Assembly (NCBI GenBank): GCA_050115495.1
Contig: JASFQK010000040.1
Location: forward strand, 1-63,617
From: Phycisphaerae bacterium
GTDB lineage: Bacteria; Planctomycetota; Phycisphaerae; UBA1845; Fen-1342
Direction of reading: 5' to 3'
Length of the DNA: 63,617 nucleotides
A program made the translations under genes and the position numbers. Positions 59,033-63,617 of this stretch are shown piece after piece (the first letter of the stretch is position 1; every line of letters begins with the position of its first letter). A model generated the notes under the pieces. It worked only from the letters and a program-made list of their open reading frames with translations, ran no database searches and was not told where the DNA came from.

Positions 59033-60898
59033 CTTCTTCTTCTGGCCTTTCTCCGGCGCCGCCTCGCGGCTGCGCATCGTGCGCCCGCGTTCGGCCCACA
59101 CCTGGGCGAGCAGTTCCTCGTTGCTCTTCTTGCTCATGCGCCGCAGCACGCGGTAGCGCTCGCGCAGCTCGGGCGGCCAGTCGGTCGGTGCACCCGTAGC
59201 TCCCGCGTTGAATAGCGGCTCGTCCACCATCGGCGCCGGCAGGCCGTCATCCGCGTCCTCTTCCGCCGGCTGCCCGTCGGCCGCCTCGACCATCTCCTCG
59301 TTCGCCTCCGGCGCGGGGCCCGGCGCCGCCCGACCGGCCGGGGCTCCATCCGGCACGGCAGGCGCGCGCTTGGGGCCCGCGACCGTGGCGAACACCTCGC
59401 TGGCCCGGTGCAGCGCCGAGCGGAACTGCTCGATACGCTGGAAGGCCTCGCCCTCACGGCTCTCCCGGTCCTGGAGACTCGCCTCGCGCGCGGCGAGTTC
59501 CTCGGCCTGGACGGCGAGCGCGGCATCCCGCTCGTCGAGCTCACCCTGTCGCTGCGCCAGGGTGGCCTGCTCGGCTTCGAGCTGCGCTCGCTGCTCCGCC
59601 AGCGCCGCGTCGGCCCCGGCCAACTCCTCCGCTTGTGCCTGCAACTCGCGTTCTCTCTCTCCCGCCGCCGCCTGCGCCGCCGCAAGCTCCTGCTGCTGCT
59701 TCTCGACCTGGGTCTGCGCGGCGGTCAACTCAGCGCGCGTCGCGTCGAGCTCACCACGCTGCGTTTCAAGCTCGCCGCGTTGTGCCTCGAACGCCGCCTG
59801 CTGGCCGGCCAGCTCCTCCCTAGCCACGGCCAGCGTCGCCGCCTGCCCTTCGGCTTCCGCCAGCTTCGCCTGAATCGCCTGCTCCGACTCCTGCAGCGTC
59901 GCCTCCCGTCGCTGCACGTCTTTCAGCGATTCGGCCAGTGCCGCCCGCTGCGGGCCCAGCGCCGCCTGCCGCTGATCGAGATCGGCCTGCCGCGCATCCA
60001 GATCAGCGGAGCGCTGCTCCAACTGCTCCCGCGCCGCCGCGATCTGCGCCTGCACCGTCTGGATGGTCCGCTCGAGGTCGCCCCACTCCTCCCCGACCGG
60101 CAACACCGGCGGCACGGTCTCCGCGACAGGCGGCGTAGGCGCGGCCGCTTCCGCTTCCGCTTCCGCCAACTCCGCCTCGGCCGTAGCCTGCTCGACCGCC
60201 GCCGGTTGCTCAGCCTCTGCCGTCGTCTGCTCAGCTCCCGCCCAGCGCACGGTGACCGGCTGCCCGCCGATGTCCACCGCGTCCCCGTCGCCCAGCCAGC
60301 TCAGCTCGATCCGCTCGCCGTTGACCAGCGTGCCCGAACGGCTGCCCAGGTCGCCGAGAACGGGGCGCCCGTCGACCGTCAGCAACAGCGCATGCGCGAG
60401 CGACGTATCCGGCGTATCGATGATAAGATCCGCCCCCTGCCGCCGGCCGATGACCGCCGCCGCCTGCCGCACTTCGAGCCGCTGATCGCCGACTTCGAGC
60501 ACGATTGGCTCGGGCAGGACCAGGTCGGCCAATGAGGCCGGCGCGTCGGCGGCAGCACCGTCCGAGAACTCGGCGGTAATCTCCACTGGCCCTGCACGCA
60601 ACACATCCCCGGGCCGCAACAGGCTCAACCGCACCGCTTCGTTGTTCACGAACGTGCCGGACCGGCTGAGCAAATCGCACACCAGCACGGCCCGCCCCGT
60701 GTTAATAACCGCGCAGTGGACCTTGGAAAGATCAGGGTGGGAAACGGGCAGGTGGCAATCCCGCCGGCTGCCCACGAGAACGATCGGTGTCTCGACGTCA
60801 CACGCCGCCTGGCCATCTGCCGTGGCGACGGAAAGCCGCAAGCGCGGAGCGTGCGGCGGGAGCGCGGGTGCCATGTTTTCTGGGGCGTCGCTGGTCAT
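59009..60898 (-). CDS. Tandem FHA-domain protein with long coiled coil
   Basis: Two FHA domains (VGSRRDC...SKVHC...DLLSRSGTFVN; IGRRQGAD...SLAHA...DLGSRSGTLVN) then about 200 aa E/Q/A-rich coiled coil; overlaps the convergent gene by 24 bp. Confidence 0.85.
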   Translation of the reverse strand: MTSDAPENMAPALPPHAPRLRLSVATADGQAACDVETPIVLVGSRRDCHLPVSHPDLSKVHCAVINTGRAVLVCDLLSRSGTFVNNEAVRLSLLRPGDVLRAGPVEITAEFSDGAAADAPASLADLVLPEPIVLEVGDQRLEVRQAAAVIGRRQGADLIIDTPDTSLAHALLLTVDGRPVLGDLGSRSGTLVNGERIELSWLGDGDAVDIGGQPVTVRWAGAEQTTAEAEQPAAVEQATAEAELAEAEAEAAAPTPPVAETVPPVLPVGEEWGDLERTIQTVQAQIAAAREQLEQRSADLDARQADLDQRQAALGPQRAALAESLKDVQRREATLQESEQAIQAKLAEAEGQAATLAVAREELAGQQAAFEAQRGELETQRGELDATRAELTAAQTQVEKQQQELAAAQAAAGERERELQAQAEELAGADAALAEQRAQLEAEQATLAQRQGELDERDAALAVQAEELAAREASLQDRESREGEAFQRIEQFRSALHRASEVFATVAGPKRAPAVPDGAPAGRAAPGPAPEANEEMVEAADGQPAEEDADDGLPAPMVDEPLFNAGATGAPTDWPPELRERYRVLRRMSKKSNEELLAQVWAERGRTMRSREAAPEKGQKKKSRFSWGN

Positions 60899-61085
60899 AC
60901 AGACGTTCCGTGTCCTTGCTCTGTGTCGTGCGCCCCCACCGGCTGCCGAAACAAGTGTTCAATTGAATTAAGCGATAGGCAAACTGGAATATAGGCTGCC
61001 TCGCCGCATCGGCCGATACGGCAATGCTTGACACGCCGCTGGTCTGGAGCGAATATATGGATCGCGCGGTGAACGCCCCGCGCAC

Positions 61086-61159
61086 GGGCGATTAGCTCAG
61101 TTGGCTAGAGCGCGTGCTCGACATGCACGAGGTCACTGGTTCGAGCCCAGTATCGCCCA
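61086..61159 (+). tRNA. tRNA-Val (anticodon GAC)
   Basis: Acceptor GGGCGAT/ATCGCCC-A, D-arm GCTC...GAGC, anticodon arm CGTGC-TCGACAT-GCACG, T-arm ACTGG-TTCGAGC-CCAGT; TTGACA at 61028. Confidence 0.93.
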
Positions 61160-61274
61160 ATGATGTAACCCCCGCCGAAAGCGCGACTTGCGCTTACCTC
61201 TCCCAAGACAGAGTGCGGCAAACCAGGGCTTTTTGCGCGGAGCGCGCCCCGCGCAACATGCAAAGGACCGCACG

Positions 61275-61415
61275 ATGCCTCGTCAACCCACCCCGCCGGC
61301 CTACCGGAAACGCCTGATCCGCGGCCGTGAGGTCGCATTTGTGACACTCAGGGACCGAGAAACGGGCTCCCGCCGGGACTACTGGCTCGGGCCGTATGGA
61401 ACGCCCGAGACCTGA
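61275..61415 (+). pseudogene. Truncated tyrosine-integrase N-terminus
   Basis: MPRQPTPPAYRKR...AFVTLRD...RRDYWLGPYGTPE resembles the N-terminus of planctomycete phage integrases; stops after 46 codons; SD AAGGA. Confidence 0.68.
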
Positions 61416-61500
61416 AGACCTGCGACCACCTGGACGAGTTCGAGCTGGCGATCCGCACGTACGACTACGTGCATCAGGTGGCGTTCTACCGGGCGCTGGG
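61409..61500 (+). pseudogene. Fragment of PD-(D/E)XK RecE-like (DUF3799-type) exonuclease
   Basis: DLKTCDHLDEFELAIRTYDYVHQVAFYRAL matches the DLKT...Y-x-Y-x-x-Q-x-AFY pattern. Confidence 0.62.
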
Positions 61501-61559
61501 AGCAGTTCACGGGGCGGACGGCGGAGCGGATTCACTCGGTATGAACGTGGAATCTCCCT

Positions 61560-61665
61560 TTGCCGGCCTCCGCCAGGACCTGGGCCGCGGCGTCCAGGGC
61601 ACCGACACGCCGAGGCCGCGGCTCGGCGGGCTGCTTCGGGCGGCGCTTTCGGGCTGGCTGAGTCT
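61560..61665 (-). pseudogene. Fragment of HARE-HTH-like phage protein
   Basis: K/P-rich linker then RVGALDAAAQVLAEAGK, the start of a winged-HTH type found in planctomycete prophages; truncated. Confidence 0.5.
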
Positions 61666-61749
61666 CGCCGCCGTCGGCGGCTTCAGCCGCTGCTCCTCGG
61701 CGTACTTGGCCTGCAGCGCCGTCCGCTGCGACTCGCTCAAGCTGCATGA

Positions 61750-62164
61750 TCGTCGCATGCGGGGAATCGCGAGTGCCGACCAGAAGGCAACAGAGGCTCT
61801 CGACAAGGAAACTGCGGCCAAGGTCTCCGAGGCCGAGGCCGCCCTCGCCCAAGCCAAGGCTGACTTGGCCGCCGCCCTGAAGGCGGCGGCGGAGGCTCGT
61901 GAGGAAGCCGGTCCCGGAGCCCCGGGACGCAAGGGCCCAACGGGCATACGGGTACTGACGCTCGACGAGATCATGGAGCGCGTCGGCGACCGTATCGCCA
62001 TGCAGACCAGCGTCGTGGGCACCTTCAACGCGGCCGCCCTCCAAGGGCTCGGCGGGAACTCGCCCGCCGACCGCACCGCCCGGGCCACGGAACAGATCGT
62101 CAAGAACACCGCCGAGACCGAGCGGGGAGTCCGGCGACTCGAACAGCGACTGACCTTCTCGTAG
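61750..62164 (+). pseudogene. C-terminal fragment of tail tape-measure-like protein
   Basis: Ala-rich helical stretch then SVVGTFNAAALQGLG...ADRTARATEQIVKNT; no proper N-terminus. Confidence 0.58.
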
Positions 62165-62187
62165 GCCAGCAACGCAAAGGATGGCGT

Positions 62188-62866
62188 ATGCCGATCGTCA
62201 TGGAAGAGGTCCTGGAAAGCCGTCGTGTCACCACGGGGCCGAACGCGACCGCCGAGCTGCGCTACATGATCTCCGGCACGTCGGAAGACGTCGAGGCCCG
62301 GACAGAGCTGCTGACCGCCACGCCGGCGACGTTCGACCTCTACGGCAACGGATCGCTGCTCCTGAACCGCGAGTACGTCGGGATCGAGCCGGTCGGGACG
62401 GACCGCTGGCTCGGCGTCGCGTACTACGCCCGCGTGCGAGCGACCGGGCAGCAGCGACTCAGCTTCGACACGAAGGGCGGGACCTTCTGCCGGAAATGGT
62501 CATTGCAGACCATGGGCCGGTACCCCGCCGGCGGAGCGGACGATCTCGGCGGGACGATCGGCCAGGGTGACTCCGGTCCCGAAGGCGTCGACGTTGTGGT
62601 GCCGGTCTTCAACTTCTCCGTGCAGCGGTTCGTCCCCGACGTGGCCGTGAACGGACCGATCCACGTGCAGTGCAAGTGCGACGGCGGCTCCGCCGGCAAC
62701 GCCACGACCGCCTGTACGTACACGTACGCGATCTACACCGAGGGTGCCCCGGAGCTGACCGCCGACTACCGGCTCGCCGAAGAGCTGACCCCGCAGTACG
62801 GGCGGACGTCGGTCGGTCAGTTCGTGGCGGCCGACGATGAAGAAGTGCGAAGTAACCGAGAGCTGA
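62188..62866 (+). pseudogene. Phage tail-region protein(s), probably an internally deleted chimera
   Basis: SD AGGA; MPIVMEE...GVDVVVPVFNFS switches abruptly to DGGSAGNATTACTYTY; reading frame loses coding character after about 62840 and runs over the next gene. Confidence 0.5.
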
Positions 62867-62867
62867 C

Positions 62868-63470
62868 ATGTCAGGCGAGCGCGTCATCGTGGCTGGCACC
62901 GGCGAGCTCCTGCTCGGACCGAACGGCGAGCGGCTCCTGTCGGAGCCGGGAGCCGACCCGTGCTGCGGCTCCGCGCCCGGCGAGCCGTGCCTGTACTGTG
63001 ACAGCACGCCGGCCCATCGGACGCTCCTGCTTTCCGGGCCGATCACGCTGTGCGGGTGCCGCGTGGTGGGCCTGACGAGCGTTTACTACGTCGAGATCCT
63101 CGGCGATTTCCTCGGTACTCACGTACTGCCCCAGGATCCCTCCAACCACTGCCGCTGGTTCGCACAGCTCCCGGGTGTCAGGCTGCGCACCAGGTGGTAT
63201 CCGGTCTCAATGGATTGCACCGGCTACTACGACGAGGGCTACTACGACTATGTCTGTGCCTCCATCGAGCTGACGTCCGCCAACGTCATTATCCGTGCGT
63301 GGGCACACGAGAGCCCGCCGTACCTGGCGCTCTTCTCGTACACCGGCCCCCGCGGTAACGCGTGCGTCGAGAGCGGCCCGCACGCGAACCAGATCACGTG
63401 CGGCGGCTCGTTGTCCTGGGGAATTCCGGTGGCCACCGGCGGCTCGGCCTCGCAGGAGGCCGGGTCGTGA
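62868..63470 (+). CDS. Cys-rich phage-associated hypothetical protein
   Basis: 200 aa ORF with DPCCG and many Cys; follows a TGA by 1 nt and overlaps next GTG start (GTGA). Confidence 0.55.
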   Translation: MSGERVIVAGTGELLLGPNGERLLSEPGADPCCGSAPGEPCLYCDSTPAHRTLLLSGPITLCGCRVVGLTSVYYVEILGDFLGTHVLPQDPSNHCRWFAQLPGVRLRTRWYPVSMDCTGYYDEGYYDYVCASIELTSANVIIRAWAHESPPYLALFSYTGPRGNACVESGPHANQITCGGSLSWGIPVATGGSASQEAGS

Positions 63471-63617
63471 GACGCAGGCCGTGGCTCGACACGTCCTTCT
63501 GCCGAAAGCGGATCGCCTGCCGCGAATGCCGGGATGCCGGGCCTACGGGCGACGCCTGGCGCGACCGCGAGGGCGCCCCCGAGACCTGCCCGTTCGGCGT
63601 GACCGCCGACACGCTGC
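63467..63617 (+). CDS. Small Cys-containing phage hypothetical protein (partial)
   Basis: GGAGG SD, GTG overlapping previous stop; FCRKRIACRECR...CPFG; open at window end. Confidence 0.45.
   Translation, partial: MRRRPWLDTSFCRKRIACRECRDAGPTGDAWRDREGAPETCPFGVTADTL

Larger units (their letters stand above)
61160..63617 (+). mobile_element. Degenerate prophage inserted at tRNA-Val, running off the window
   Basis: Integrase stub, exonuclease fragment, tape-measure C-terminus and tail-type genes directly 3' of the tRNA. Confidence 0.72.

Overview
High-GC bacterial chromosome segment, most consistent with a Planctomycetota (Phycisphaerae-like) genome. This is inferred from DUF1559/H-X9-DG prepilin-like paralogs, planctomycete-type dockerin tails, a PEP-CTERM protein and a planctomycete-type integrase N-terminus. 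The backbone is mostly housekeeping: oppD-like ATPase, sppA, pepD, MacB-like permease, tricorn protease, inositol-1-P synthase, GH20, LolA-like, TerC, groES/groEL, glnA, nth, kynB-like, topA, tRNA-Leu(TAG), tRNA-Val(GAC). Most notable: (1) a 9 kb surface-protein locus (37.8-46.9 kb) with two barrel-less autotransporter-like proteins and a WD40 protein that all end in a dockerin-like tail, plus a PEP-CTERM protein and an unclassified HTH protein divergent across an AT-rich operator region; (2) three tandem mosaic prepilin-like paralogs with Asp replacing Glu5 and a conserved palindrome before each RBS; (3) groES and groEL split by an orphan ORF, each preceded by the same three-part sigma54-type architecture; (4) a prophage relic at tRNA-Val reduced to short fused gene fragments; (5) an FRG + DUF4062-like mini-island at tRNA-Leu; (6) a PilZ-REC-HPt-like protein with all signalling residues degenerate; (7) recurrent leaderless-type starts and mixed REP clusters. 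No CRISPR array or rRNA was seen. All family calls come from reading motifs by eye; no database searches were run.
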